From a virus (Duplodnaviria; Caudoviricetes): DNA of 53,631 nt. Of the stretch, positions 35,407-44,480 are shown one piece after another (positions within the stretch are counted from its first letter, which is position 1; each line of letters starts with the position of its first letter). The position numbers and the translations under genes were made by a program. The stretch lies in IMG/VR virus record IMGVR_UViG_3300031749_000457, positions 1-53,631 of that record; one strand, 5' to 3'. The notes under the pieces are model-generated. The model worked only from the letters and a program-made list of their open reading frames with translations, searched no databases and had not been told where the DNA came from.

Positions 35407-36708
35407 ATGTATGGGATAACGATACCAGTTAATGCGAGAAGAGCCACTGAAACAGTTGAAAACGAGAGAATAACGATACCAGTAAGCACTCCTTTTGAGT
35501 ATAGGCTAAGAGAACTGCCTTCAAGCGTAGAAGGAGTAAAGATAAGGAGAATAACAAGTGCTGTAAAGACTGGGACTGGTTACGGGAGCATGGCAAGCGG
35601 TGGATATTATGCTGGGATTGCAACGAGAAGCTATGTGATTGTAATAGATGGAGCTGGAGAGATTGGAGAAGCTACTTTTAAGTGGTCAAACGATGGGGGG
35701 CAGACGTGGGCTGGGACTCAAATTCCAATACCTGATGAGGAGCCGATTGACCTTGAGCTTGGAGTTCAGGTGACTTTTACTGGTAGCGAATCGGGACAGG
35801 ATTTTAACCTCAACGACAGATGGGATTTTACGGCGGAGTATTGGACAGAGGTTAATTCGATTCCCACATCTTCAAAGACTTTTCAGGTGGACTACAGCAC
35901 TGGGCTGGTTACGTTTTACAGCGGAGATGCTGGAGCAGTGGTATACGCTACCTATGAGGGAAGGGGAGGTGTAGTAAAGGCTGAAGATATAGAGCAGATA
36001 GTTTCATACCTTGAAGATGGGAGAATTGTAATATCTGGTGTAAATACATCTGGTTTAGATGTAGGGACTTTTGTTTATGCTTCCGGGGTTGATACATTTG
36101 GGAAGGCAGACCCAAGCGATGACACAAAGCCGGCAATTGGTTGTGTGAGCGTTTCTGATAGTGATAATGGAGAGGTGACTTTATTTGGAAAAGTAGAAGG
36201 TTTCAGCGGTTTGGCGGCAGGGAAAGAGTATTATCTTTCTGCCAATGGTGGTTGCTCTCTAACAGCTCCTGTTTCGGGGATACAGCAGGTTGTAGGAAGG
36301 GCTTTAAGTACAAGCGTGATGTTTATCAATCCAATGTTTAAAGGAAACGAGCCGAAGGCGGTTGTATTGAGGGGATTAAATACAGGAAGTTTCAATGAAA
36401 GGGATTTGGTTGGTATAGGTGCTAACAATACTCTTGTCAAAGCAAGTGCTTCGTGGGCAAATCTTTTCCCGGCAGTAGGATTTGTGAGGAAGGTAAGTGC
36501 AACGGAGGGAGAGGTTGTTCTTTTTGGAGTAATGGGAGGATTCAGCGGGCTTACAGCTGGAACGAGGTATTATTTATCAACTGTTGATGGAGAGTATACA
36601 GATACTCCACCTGCAGGAACAGGGAATATACAGCAGGTTGTTGGGAGGGCTATAAGTTCAACGACAATGTTAGTTGCTGTTTCACAGGAGTATAGGACGA
36701 ATACCTAA
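35407..36708 (+). CDS. Virion structural protein with tandem C-terminal repeat domain
   Basis: Two copies of GxVxLFGxxxGFSGLxAGxxYYLS...QQVVGRAxS. Confidence 0.65.
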   Translation: MYGITIPVNARRATETVENERITIPVSTPFEYRLRELPSSVEGVKIRRITSAVKTGTGYGSMASGGYYAGIATRSYVIVIDGAGEIGEATFKWSNDGGQTWAGTQIPIPDEEPIDLELGVQVTFTGSESGQDFNLNDRWDFTAEYWTEVNSIPTSSKTFQVDYSTGLVTFYSGDAGAVVYATYEGRGGVVKAEDIEQIVSYLEDGRIVISGVNTSGLDVGTFVYASGVDTFGKADPSDDTKPAIGCVSVSDSDNGEVTLFGKVEGFSGLAAGKEYYLSANGGCSLTAPVSGIQQVVGRALSTSVMFINPMFKGNEPKAVVLRGLNTGSFNERDLVGIGANNTLVKASASWANLFPAVGFVRKVSATEGEVVLFGVMGGFSGLTAGTRYYLSTVDGEYTDTPPAGTGNIQQVVGRAISSTTMLVAVSQEYRTNT

Positions 36709-38294
36709 TGGCAACACAGTATAGAGTGCCTACAAGTTCATATGCTATGTTACAGTGGAGTGGTTATCCAAGTTCTGACAACTGGGATAATATAGATGAA
36801 TATCCAGGCTTAGACGATTATGATTATAACTATACAAGTGGTGCTGAGCAGGAAGATGCTTATTACGTGAACCCTGATTTTTCTGTTCCGGCTGGTTCAA
36901 CGATTAACTATGTTGCTGTTCATCTATACGGGAAAGCGGATTATTGGCCGGATGCTCAGCAGATTGGTGCTGTAATAGGACTTAATAATTACTACGAGTA
37001 TTGGCAGTGGGATTCATGGCCGTCTGATTATTATGAGGAGAAGGTATTTTATTGGTATAACAACCCCTATACTGGTAGCAGCTGGACTGTAGATGAAGTA
37101 AATGGAAATGGAGATACTGGATTATCGGTGTTTGGTTATATAGGGGATGACCATGATGGAGTGTATAAATATGTAGCGACTGCCTGGATAGAAGTTGACT
37201 ATACGGAAGGAGGAGGCGGTTATTACGAAGAGGAAAGGCAGGTTGATGTTGGTGCTGAGGTTGCAGGCGAAGAATATAGGGAGGAATCTGAGGTATCGGC
37301 AAGCGTAACGGTTACTGGGGATGAAGGAGAAGATGGCTTAATTGAATCAAGAGCAATTGTTAGGTCGGTAACAGCAGAAAAGTATCAACCAGTGGTTCTT
37401 GGAAGGGACCCTGCTCCAGGAGAAACCTGTGTAAAGAGAAATAAGAAGGTTGGTTTTTTCATTAGAGGGCAGATGCTAGATGGTGTTGATATAGATACTG
37501 TAAAGGTTTGGATTAACGGTGTCTCTTATGACAAGAATGACCCTGAATTTTCATACCAGGGCTATGAAGGTGAGTATTGGATTGAGGTTGACCATGATGA
37601 GTGGGGTTATGAGGAAAGTATTAGTGTTAGGATAGAAGCTGACTCAGTGCTTGGTGAAAGTATGACACCTGTAGAATACAGCTTTACTACAGAGTGGGAG
37701 GATGAGAAGACGAGAGCTGGATATGGAAGAATAGAATTATTCCAGGCAGACAGATACGATATTGACTGCCTTACGATAGATGAAATTTGGGTTAGGCAGG
37801 GGGTTGTGAGATACAGTCCGGTTTATGAGCTTTGGTGGGGGAGGTATCAAAAACTGCCTTACATTGAAAGGATGAAGATGCGCGTAGTGGCAGGCGATAG
37901 GGTAAGTCTTGGAAGTGAGGTTCTTTCAAAGGGATACTTAAGCGTGAGAGTTAATGATGGAGATTTTACCCCGCTTTATGAAGATACAGTGGTTGATTTA
38001 GGGCCTATGTTTACTCATTCGAAGAAGGATTTAATGTTCAGGCTACTAATTCCGGAGGGAGCTGAGACAAAGAGATATTTTGTTTTAGAGCTGGTTTTTG
38101 AGCCTGCTGTTGCTTTCTTATACAGCAGATTTCTTTACGGGACAGCTATGTATTTGGTAGGTGAACCTCTTAAGATTGTTGTGAGAAAACATATTTATAG
38201 AGGATATGTATTGGATTCTATGATGTGGGGAAGTTTAATCACTGGAGGAGTGCTTGCTTATCCAACATATAGGGGAGAGGATAAGCAGTGGTAG
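36708..38294 (+). CDS. Virion structural protein (acidic Tyr/Trp-rich N-domain, Ig-like middle)
   Basis: Composition; GVDIDTVKVWING Ig-like motif; position. Confidence 0.55.
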   Translation: MATQYRVPTSSYAMLQWSGYPSSDNWDNIDEYPGLDDYDYNYTSGAEQEDAYYVNPDFSVPAGSTINYVAVHLYGKADYWPDAQQIGAVIGLNNYYEYWQWDSWPSDYYEEKVFYWYNNPYTGSSWTVDEVNGNGDTGLSVFGYIGDDHDGVYKYVATAWIEVDYTEGGGGYYEEERQVDVGAEVAGEEYREESEVSASVTVTGDEGEDGLIESRAIVRSVTAEKYQPVVLGRDPAPGETCVKRNKKVGFFIRGQMLDGVDIDTVKVWINGVSYDKNDPEFSYQGYEGEYWIEVDHDEWGYEESISVRIEADSVLGESMTPVEYSFTTEWEDEKTRAGYGRIELFQADRYDIDCLTIDEIWVRQGVVRYSPVYELWWGRYQKLPYIERMKMRVVAGDRVSLGSEVLSKGYLSVRVNDGDFTPLYEDTVVDLGPMFTHSKKDLMFRLLIPEGAETKRYFVLELVFEPAVAFLYSRFLYGTAMYLVGEPLKIVVRKHIYRGYVLDSMMWGSLITGGVLAYPTYRGEDKQW

Positions 38295-38305
38295 GAGAGT
38301 AAAAA

Positions 38306-38656
38306 ATGGGAGCTGGAACATATAATTTTACGATAGAGCAGGGAGCAACGTTTAAGCGAATAATGACGTGGAAGGACAGCAATGGTAATCCGATTTCACT
38401 TGTTGGTTATAAGGGAAGAATGCAGATAAGGCAGGCAAAGGATTCAAGTAATGTAATCATGACTCTTGATACTGAAGATAATGGTGGGATGGCGTTAGGC
38501 GGTGTTGAGGGGACTATAACGATAGAGATTTCTGCAAGCAGAACTGCGGGGCTTGATTTTAGGACTGCTGTATATGATTTGGAGCTTGAAAAAGATGGAG
38601 AAGTTGTGCGGTTGCTTGAAGGAACGGTAACTTTATCAAAAGAGGTGACAAGATGA
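38306..38656 (+). CDS. Tail fibre/baseplate adaptor beta-sandwich protein (BppU N-terminal-like)
   Basis: YNFTIEQGATF...RMQIR...AVYDLEL...RLLEGTVTLSKEVTR. Confidence 0.7.
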   Translation: MGAGTYNFTIEQGATFKRIMTWKDSNGNPISLVGYKGRMQIRQAKDSSNVIMTLDTEDNGGMALGGVEGTITIEISASRTAGLDFRTAVYDLELEKDGEVVRLLEGTVTLSKEVTR

Positions 38657-38907
38657 TTAATTGCAGTGTTGAAATTCAGGAAGTCAATAATGTTGTTTCA
38701 ATTAACGAGGAAACGCAGGAAGTTGAAATAATAGAACAGCCAAAAACAGAAGTTGTTGTTTTAGAGGGGATTTATATAGTTGGGGGAGGATATGAAGGGA
38801 CTGAATTCTCAGAGATAAGACTTGTCCCAAAGGCTTCATCAAGCGGGCTTGAGGGGACGATGTTTTACTGCAGTGAGGATGACCATGTTTGGGTTGCAAC
38901 AGAATAA
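38653..38907 (+). CDS. Small fibre-associated protein
   Basis: Overlaps previous gene; EGTMFY...HVWVA. Confidence 0.55.
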   Translation: MINCSVEIQEVNNVVSINEETQEVEIIEQPKTEVVVLEGIYIVGGGYEGTEFSEIRLVPKASSSGLEGTMFYCSEDDHVWVATE

Positions 38908-38925
38908 AGAAAGGAGGGGAAGAGG

Positions 38926-39078
38926 ATGCAGCTGACGGTATGGATAAATAAACCAACAAAGGTATTTATGGGGGGAGACCCGCAGAAGGGGCAGGTGCCA
39001 TTTACAACGCTTGAGCTGAAGAAAGCGCAGATAATCGTTGACCAGGAGAAGCAGACAATAACGATAATAGAGGAGTAA
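38926..39078 (+). CDS. 50-aa hypothetical protein
   Basis: SD AAGGAGG; MQLTVWINKPTKVFMGGDPQKGQ...; not in track. Confidence 0.55.
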   Translation: MQLTVWINKPTKVFMGGDPQKGQVPFTTLELKKAQIIVDQEKQTITIIEE

Positions 39079-39082
39079 AAGA

Positions 39083-40723
39083 ATGGCTATAACTTGGAAA
39101 AAGTTAGCCTTCGAAGATGATGTAATAAAAAAATCTATTATAAATGCCAAAGGTGATTTGATAGTAGGTAGCGCTGAGGATACGCCATCTATACTTTCTG
39201 TTGGTTCGAACGATAGTATACTTGTTGCTGATTCGAACGAAAGTCTTGGTGTTAAGTGGAGAGATTTTTCGCAGAGCTTTTTCCAGCAAGCAAGTATGTA
39301 TAGGTCGGGTTCGCAGTCTCTTGCTAATGACAGTTATACGAAAATTTTGCTCAGCAGTATAGAGTTTGACCCTTATAATATTTGCGATACTTCGAATAAT
39401 CGAATTCGGCCGACGAAGGCTGGATACTATTTGGTTAATGGTGTTGCAGCGACAAACCTCGGTGGAAACGCTATTGGTGGAACGTTTACTTGTTTTATTT
39501 ATAAAAATGGGAGCCAGTCGGGACATGGGACTGAAGTTCAGACTAATAATATAGGTTGGGTATGGAGTAGGGTAGAAAAACTTTTATATCTGAATGGTAG
39601 TAGTGATTATGTAGAATTATATGCATATCAATATAGCGGTGCGGCAAGGGATTTGCTTTGGGGAGCATTATTTGTTGTAGGTCCATTCAGTCAATCACTT
39701 TTTACAGGGCCAGCTCCGAGTGCATGGAGAGTGGTTAGTGAAGCCGATTTAACTAATGCTTCTTCTTATACATTCAGCGGACTTGATGGTAATGCTGACA
39801 GAGCGTATAAGATTTTGATAGATGGATATGTTGTAGGTTCTGGGTCTGTTAACTATTATCCTTACATTACACCTAATAGTGCCACTGGTGACACGTATTA
39901 CAATACGGAACATTATTCGACAGAGACAGGTCAAGGCGTTGATAATCCTTCGAGATCTGGGTTTGTAATAGGATATACAAGAGCTGAAAATTCAAATCTT
40001 TCATATAAGGCAGAGATAACTATTCCTGCAAGAACTGGAACGAGAAGGGTTGCTCATTCGTTGATGTGGCAGGGGTCAGAATCTGGAACTGTAAGGCTTA
40101 CTACTCAGACGGTTGGAGTGTGGGCTAATAGTTCAAGCAATATTAGTTCGCTTGTAATAAATTTTGATGGCACAACATTTACTGGAAAGATTACACTGCT
40201 GAAGCTAACAATAAATGAAAGTGGAACGGATGGATACTGGACGCTTGCCGGAAGTGTTTTGTCGCCTAATCAGTCAAATTGGGTTGTTGATGTAAAGGCT
40301 CAGAAAGCATCTATGTATCGTTCGGGGGCTAGTCAATCTATTCCAAATACTACTTGGACTAAGATACAGCTTAATGAAGTTAGTTTCGACCCTTATAGTA
40401 TTTGTGATGTTTCAAATTATAGAATTAAACCAACGAAAGCAGGATACTATTTGGTTATTGGATATGGAAGTATTGATTTGGCTAATGGTGGAAAGGTTTT
40501 TGTTGTAGCTATTTATAAGAATGGTAGTGTATTGGTCTACGGGACGGATTTAGCTTTATCATCTGGGATAATAGGTTACACAAGAAGTATTGTGTCACAG
40601 ATTGTTTACATGAATGGTAGCACTGACTATTTAGAACTGTGGTGTTATCAGGAGAGCGGAGCTGCAAGGTCGCTGTTATCAGGAAGTGAAAATACGTATT
40701 TATCAATAGTAGGTCCATTATAA
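39083..40723 (+). CDS. Tail fibre/receptor-binding protein with two C1q-like domains
   Basis: AKGDLIVG fibre motif; two copies of QSxxNxxxTKIxLxxxxFDPY...RIxPTKAGYYLV...YxNGSxDYxEL. Confidence 0.7.
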   Translation: MAITWKKLAFEDDVIKKSIINAKGDLIVGSAEDTPSILSVGSNDSILVADSNESLGVKWRDFSQSFFQQASMYRSGSQSLANDSYTKILLSSIEFDPYNICDTSNNRIRPTKAGYYLVNGVAATNLGGNAIGGTFTCFIYKNGSQSGHGTEVQTNNIGWVWSRVEKLLYLNGSSDYVELYAYQYSGAARDLLWGALFVVGPFSQSLFTGPAPSAWRVVSEADLTNASSYTFSGLDGNADRAYKILIDGYVVGSGSVNYYPYITPNSATGDTYYNTEHYSTETGQGVDNPSRSGFVIGYTRAENSNLSYKAEITIPARTGTRRVAHSLMWQGSESGTVRLTTQTVGVWANSSSNISSLVINFDGTTFTGKITLLKLTINESGTDGYWTLAGSVLSPNQSNWVVDVKAQKASMYRSGASQSIPNTTWTKIQLNEVSFDPYSICDVSNYRIKPTKAGYYLVIGYGSIDLANGGKVFVVAIYKNGSVLVYGTDLALSSGIIGYTRSIVSQIVYMNGSTDYLELWCYQESGAARSLLSGSENTYLSIVGPL

Positions 40724-40752
40724 AATAAAACAATTAAGGAGGTTAGAAGAGT

Positions 40753-41349
40753 ATGGCAATTACATGGAAAAAATTAGTTTTTGAGGATGATGTAATTCTA
40801 AAGTCCATCATCAATGCTAAGGGAGACCTGATTGTTGGGAGTGCAGATAATACGCCTGCCATACTATCGGTAGGAGCTGATGGTAAGGTCTTAAAGGCAA
40901 ATTCTGCAGCTACTTATGGAGTTGAGTGGGCTGACCCTGGAACACCTGGCACTCACCATACCACACATGAAAATGGTGGGGCTGATGAGATTAATGTAGC
41001 AGGGCTGTCAGGAGAATTGGCTGACCCACAGCCTCCCAAGACACATGCAACATCACATGAGAATGGAGGGGCAGATGAGATAAATGTTGCTGGATTGTCA
41101 GGGGAATTGGCTGACCCTCAGACTCCAAAGGCACACGCAACGTCGCACAAGAAAAGCGGGTCAGATGAGATTAAATTGAATGAGTTTGGAGACCCAACTG
41201 GAAACGTGGAATTTAATAAGAACCAGGGCTTGAATTTTGTTCTACATAAAGTTGCAAATGAAGCTGGAAGACCCACAACTCCAGAGGTAGGCCAGATAAT
41301 ATTTCAGAGCGATACGCTGGCTGCATACATTTGCACAAGTAATTCTTAA
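40753..41349 (+). CDS. Short fibre protein, paralogous N-terminus, His-containing repeats
   Basis: MAITWKKLxFEDDVIxKSIINAKGDLIVGSA shared with 39083; repeats HxxxHENGGADEINVAGLSGELADPQ. Confidence 0.7.
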   Translation: MAITWKKLVFEDDVILKSIINAKGDLIVGSADNTPAILSVGADGKVLKANSAATYGVEWADPGTPGTHHTTHENGGADEINVAGLSGELADPQPPKTHATSHENGGADEINVAGLSGELADPQTPKAHATSHKKSGSDEIKLNEFGDPTGNVEFNKNQGLNFVLHKVANEAGRPTTPEVGQIIFQSDTLAAYICTSNS

Positions 41350-41370
41350 TAATTAGAGGGGCAAAAAGAA

Positions 41371-41529
41371 ATGGAAGGCCGGCTGGATAAGCTCGCTGAA
41401 TTACATGGTAGGATTGTAGATATAATTAATGAAAGTGGCTTGGGGCCTGAAGATGTATTAGTAGTGCTGGAGATTATCAAAGCGGTAACTCTAAAGGCAC
41501 TGCTTATTATGGTTGGGAAGAATGAATAA
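41371..41529 (+). CDS. 52-aa hypothetical protein
   Basis: ATG after GAGGGG; not in track. Confidence 0.45.
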   Translation: MEGRLDKLAELHGRIVDIINESGLGPEDVLVVLEIIKAVTLKALLIMVGKNE

Positions 41530-41557
41530 AAATTAAACCGAACGGGAGATTTGTAAA

Positions 41558-41866
41558 ATGAATGCAGAATCTTACTCTTTTTTCAATCTTGCATTCCAGA
41601 TAGTGATTGTAATTTTTGGTGTAGTGCTGTCGGTTGTGTGGTATTTAACGAGGAGGTCGGTTTGGGGAGAGATAGATTTACTTAAGAATTCAAAGCAGGA
41701 TATTAAGGTATGTAATCAAATAGAAGAGACATCAAAAAGGGACAGGGCTGAAATAAGAGAAGAACTTAAAGAAGCAAGAAAACATTTGATTAGGATGGAT
41801 AAAAAGATAGATAGGCTGATGTGGGCATTGAAGATTGAAAACAATGACCCCAATATGGATTCATAA
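41558..41866 (+). CDS. TM + coiled-coil protein (holin-like)
   Basis: Single N-terminal TM then coiled coil, at end of tail module. Confidence 0.55.
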   Translation: MNAESYSFFNLAFQIVIVIFGVVLSVVWYLTRRSVWGEIDLLKNSKQDIKVCNQIEETSKRDRAEIREELKEARKHLIRMDKKIDRLMWALKIENNDPNMDS

Positions 41867-41905
41867 TGCAGTTTTCTAAAAAATCAGTGATTTCAATAAG
41901 TTAGC

Positions 41906-42026
41906 TTACAATTTTAGTCACTCCACATTACAATTTTAGTCACTCCACAAAAAAGTTTCAGAATCAACGATTTAAGAGATTTTCTTTGTAATTTCAAGTA
42001 GTTAGGTTACAATTTTTGTCACTTCA
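41906..42026 (+). repeat. 22-bp tandem repeat plus degenerate third copy (candidate activator-binding sites)
   Basis: TTACAATTTTAGTCACTCCACA at 41906-41927 and 41928-41949; TTACAATTTTTGTCACTTCA at 42007-42026. Confidence 0.9.
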
Positions 42027-42068
42027 ATTTAAAAAGTCGTAGAAAAACCTAATAAAATCAATAAATTA
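41962..42068 (+). promoter_or_regulatory. IHF consensus sites
   Basis: Exact WATCAANNNNTTR at 41962-41974 and 42056-42068; 1-mismatch copies at 41891-41903 and 41992-42004. Confidence 0.65.
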
Positions 42069-42082
42069 TGTCAGTTTAATAT

Positions 42083-42098
42083 AGGCACGTCGCTTGCA
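42083..42098 (+). promoter_or_regulatory. Sigma54 (RpoN) -24/-12 promoter
   Basis: AGGCACGTCGCTTGCA vs consensus TGGCACG-N4-TTGCW; GG 42084-85, N10, GC 42096-97. Confidence 0.72.
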
Positions 42099-42182
42099 TC
42101 CAAAATTAATAAAAAATAAATAAAATTAAGGAGTTAGGTCTTTGGAAATTCTGAGGGTTGAGGAAAGCAAAGGTTGGTTGGA

Positions 42183-42631
42183 AGAAATGGGAGCTGAGGT
42201 TGAGGTGATGAGCCTCGTGGCCCCCCACCCAGTCGGCGACTTGGATAAGCCAAAGGCGATCTGGGTTGCTCGATATGAAGGTGGTGAACGTAAAGTCACA
42301 TTAGGCTCCCAGAGTAGGTCAATTGGCTGGAGCTGGAATCAATCCCGTAAATCCCCTCATGAGGGGTAGGAGTTACGGCAGGGTAGCACAGCCCGATCTC
42401 CTGAACTAAGCCGTCCACCTGAGCAAATTGTGCTGAATGGGCAGGTGGTAAGCCCCGACTGGTGGAAGAAAGCCGAAAGCAGTCTGCCAAGGAGTGATGG
42501 CTGCGAAGGATTGCAAGTAGGCGATGTTGGCCGCTGTGGTGAGGCTCTGTAATGGATTCACTCCCCTAACAGATGACCTTGCTGAAATCCAGACAGTGGG
42601 CAGTCCAACCGAAACCAGTTTCCCCAATTCT
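42183..42631 (+). ncRNA. Candidate large structured non-coding RNA of unknown class (~450 nt)
   Basis: GC-richer than flanks, no convincing CDS, many nested helices including end-to-end pairing (see findings). Confidence 0.6.
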
Positions 42632-42649
42632 ACAAAAAGAGGGAAGAAG

Positions 42650-42835
42650 ATGAACAGAAGATTGAGAAGCAATTGGCCCGATGAAATTCAAGGGAGATAT
42701 GATGAGGGATACCTTTTAGGTATCCCTAAAGTTCAAGGTAAATTTAGATGTAAAGTATGTGGTTGGGTGCCGTATTTTAAATCTGAAATCCCAGCCTGGA
42801 AGCAATTGGCAAGCCATAAGGCATATAAACATTAA
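42650..42835 (+). CDS. Small C2H2-type zinc-finger protein
   Basis: ATG 42650 after GAGGGAAG; FRCKVCG...LASHKAYKH. Confidence 0.55.
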   Translation: MNRRLRSNWPDEIQGRYDEGYLLGIPKVQGKFRCKVCGWVPYFKSEIPAWKQLASHKAYKH

Positions 42836-42929
42836 GCCCCACTATGGGTTGTCCGTCCTGATATTATTATGGCTTGAAGTTACGCAGATGTTAGTATAAT
42901 CATATTTATAACGCAATTAGGAGGAAACT

Positions 42930-43166
42930 ATGTATCTCTGTAAAGATTGCGGTAAAGAGTGGGAGCCTAAGGGGATTTATGCTGGATTTTATTCCGCTTG
43001 TCCTAAATGTGGGAATTGCAACATTGAGGAAATGGTGGATTACAGGTGGTGTTCTATTCGTGGACAGAGAATCCATATAAAAGTATGCGAGAAGATTAGA
43101 ACTAAGGGGTGTATGAAAAAATGCCCGAATGGAAAGGAGTTCAAAAATGAAAGCAAGAAGGTGTAA
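42930..43166 (+). CDS. Cys-rich zinc-binding protein
   Basis: SD AGGAGG; CKDC...CPKC and further Cys. Confidence 0.65.
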   Translation: MYLCKDCGKEWEPKGIYAGFYSACPKCGNCNIEEMVDYRWCSIRGQRIHIKVCEKIRTKGCMKKCPNGKEFKNESKKV

Positions 43167-43247
43167 ATGTGGAAGGGTCATCACTTCTAAAAGAAGGAAG
43201 ATTTGTATTTGGTGCTTTTTATCTAAATGAATGAAAGGAGGAGTAAT

Positions 43248-43586
43248 ATGGAAATTAGAGGAAAATTAGCGAAAGTTTTTTCATCTCTTGAAAAAGATGG
43301 ATTCATCGCGAGGATGGACTGGAAGTGTTGTCAGACTTGTGGTTGGAATGCAATTGCTAATGAAGTAGAAAGGGCTGATTACCCAGTAAAAGGTGCTGTA
43401 TTTTTCCATTCCCAAGACGCTGACGATTTATTAGAAAGAGGAAGGGTTTATTTAAGTTATGGGTCGATAAATGGTGATGAAGAAGAAGATAGAAAGGTTG
43501 GAGAAATTGTCTGTTCTGCTTTAAAGGAGAGTGGGCTTAATTTTAAATGGAGTGGAAACCCTTCTGAGAGGATTTTAGTTTTTTAA
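43248..43586 (+). CDS. DUF6891-like protein
   Basis: FSSLEKDGFIAR..CCQTCG...VFFHSQD...YLSYG...WSGNPSERI; SD AGGAGG before ATG 43248. Confidence 0.65.
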   Translation: MEIRGKLAKVFSSLEKDGFIARMDWKCCQTCGWNAIANEVERADYPVKGAVFFHSQDADDLLERGRVYLSYGSINGDEEEDRKVGEIVCSALKESGLNFKWSGNPSERILVF

Positions 43587-43600
43587 GGGGGTAGTAAAGG

Positions 43601-43780
43601 ATGAAGGCAAAAATAATTGGTAAAAAAGATGGTTTTGAGGTAGAGATTCCAGCTTTTTATGACCCGTTTTTCAAAACGATAGCTTTTGGTCCAGTTGTAG
43701 TGCCTTTAAGTGAGGCTGGATTATATCTAAATGCTCTCTATGGCGCCGACCTTGTGGATGTGGTGCCATACGAAAATTAA
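43601..43780 (+). CDS. 59-aa hypothetical protein
   Basis: ATG 43601, fills intergenic gap; not in track. Confidence 0.55.
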   Translation: MKAKIIGKKDGFEVEIPAFYDPFFKTIAFGPVVVPLSEAGLYLNALYGADLVDVVPYEN

Positions 43781-43792
43781 AGGAGGTGCAAT

Positions 43793-44470
43793 ATGTCAAC
43801 AAGAGGGGCAATAGCAAGGTTAAATGGAAATGGTGGCTTCAAAGGGGTCTACAATCATTTTGACTCTTATCCTGAAGGGCTTGGAAGGACGTTATTTAAG
43901 ATTTATCGTGAGGTTTTTAACAAAGATTTAAAGGCCATGACCAAATTTTTAATTGATGACCATCCTGCAGGCTGGTCAACGATTAATGGATGTGATTTTT
44001 CACTACCTGCTGGTTATAGCATGTGGCCTAATAACGATACTACTTGTAAGGCTTGTGGTAAGGAGAATTGGAGACATTATCGGCAATATTACAAGGAGAT
44101 GAATGAGGAATTACCACCACCTGAAAGCTGGTCGAAAGAAAATGAAGTCTTGGTTTTAGGGCATGGTTTTGTTTTTCCAGAAAAGCCTCCCACTCCACCG
44201 CAGTGCTATTGTCATGGAGAACGCCATGAGGAGGCATGGGAGATTACAGAGAAAAATGCTTCTTCATCTGGAATCGAGTGGGTTTATGCTTTTGATGAAG
44301 AAAAGAATGAGATGCATATTTTGGCTTCTTATTATGACCCAAATGGGAAATTTGCAGGTAAAAAGATGATTGGGATGTTTGGATTTGGCGACCCAAATGC
44401 AGTATGGAAAACAGTGGTTGTGGTTGATTTGAACGGAGATGAGCCAGATTGGGAACGAATAAAAGCATAA
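43793..44470 (+). CDS. Conserved-type phage early protein (MSTR...YxHxDxYP family), function unknown
   Basis: MSTRGAI...VYNHFDSYPEGLG...IEWVYAF. Confidence 0.65.
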   Translation: MSTRGAIARLNGNGGFKGVYNHFDSYPEGLGRTLFKIYREVFNKDLKAMTKFLIDDHPAGWSTINGCDFSLPAGYSMWPNNDTTCKACGKENWRHYRQYYKEMNEELPPPESWSKENEVLVLGHGFVFPEKPPTPPQCYCHGERHEEAWEITEKNASSSGIEWVYAFDEEKNEMHILASYYDPNGKFAGKKMIGMFGFGDPNAVWKTVVVVDLNGDEPDWERIKA

Positions 44471-44480
44471 GGAGAAGGTT

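Noticed and set aside
39280-40723. Duplicated C1q-like regions as a diversity-generating retroelement TR/VR pair
   Set aside because: Both copies are in-frame in one gene, differences are not confined to adenines, and no reverse transcriptase is in the window
41906-42026. 22-bp repeats as a CRISPR array
   Set aside because: Two copies are directly adjacent with no spacer, the third is degenerate and irregularly spaced, and no cas genes are present
42160-42631. Structured region as RNase P RNA, tmRNA or group I/II intron
   Set aside because: GAGGAAAG at 42160 is not followed by the RNase P GUCC; no tRNA-like ends or tag ORF; no convincing group I core or group II domain V by eye (needs a covariance-model search)
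42142-42672. ORFs 42142-42369, 42296-42490, 42406-42672 and the 5' part of 42524-42835 as proteins
   Set aside because: No motifs, atypical composition, and overlap with the extensively base-paired region; a short leader ORF at 42142 (SD AAGGAG) cannot be fully excluded
42874-42900. Sigma70 promoter TTGAAG...TATAAT before the 42930 gene
   Set aside because: Perfect -10 but only a 15-bp spacer to a weak -35; not supportable without TSS data
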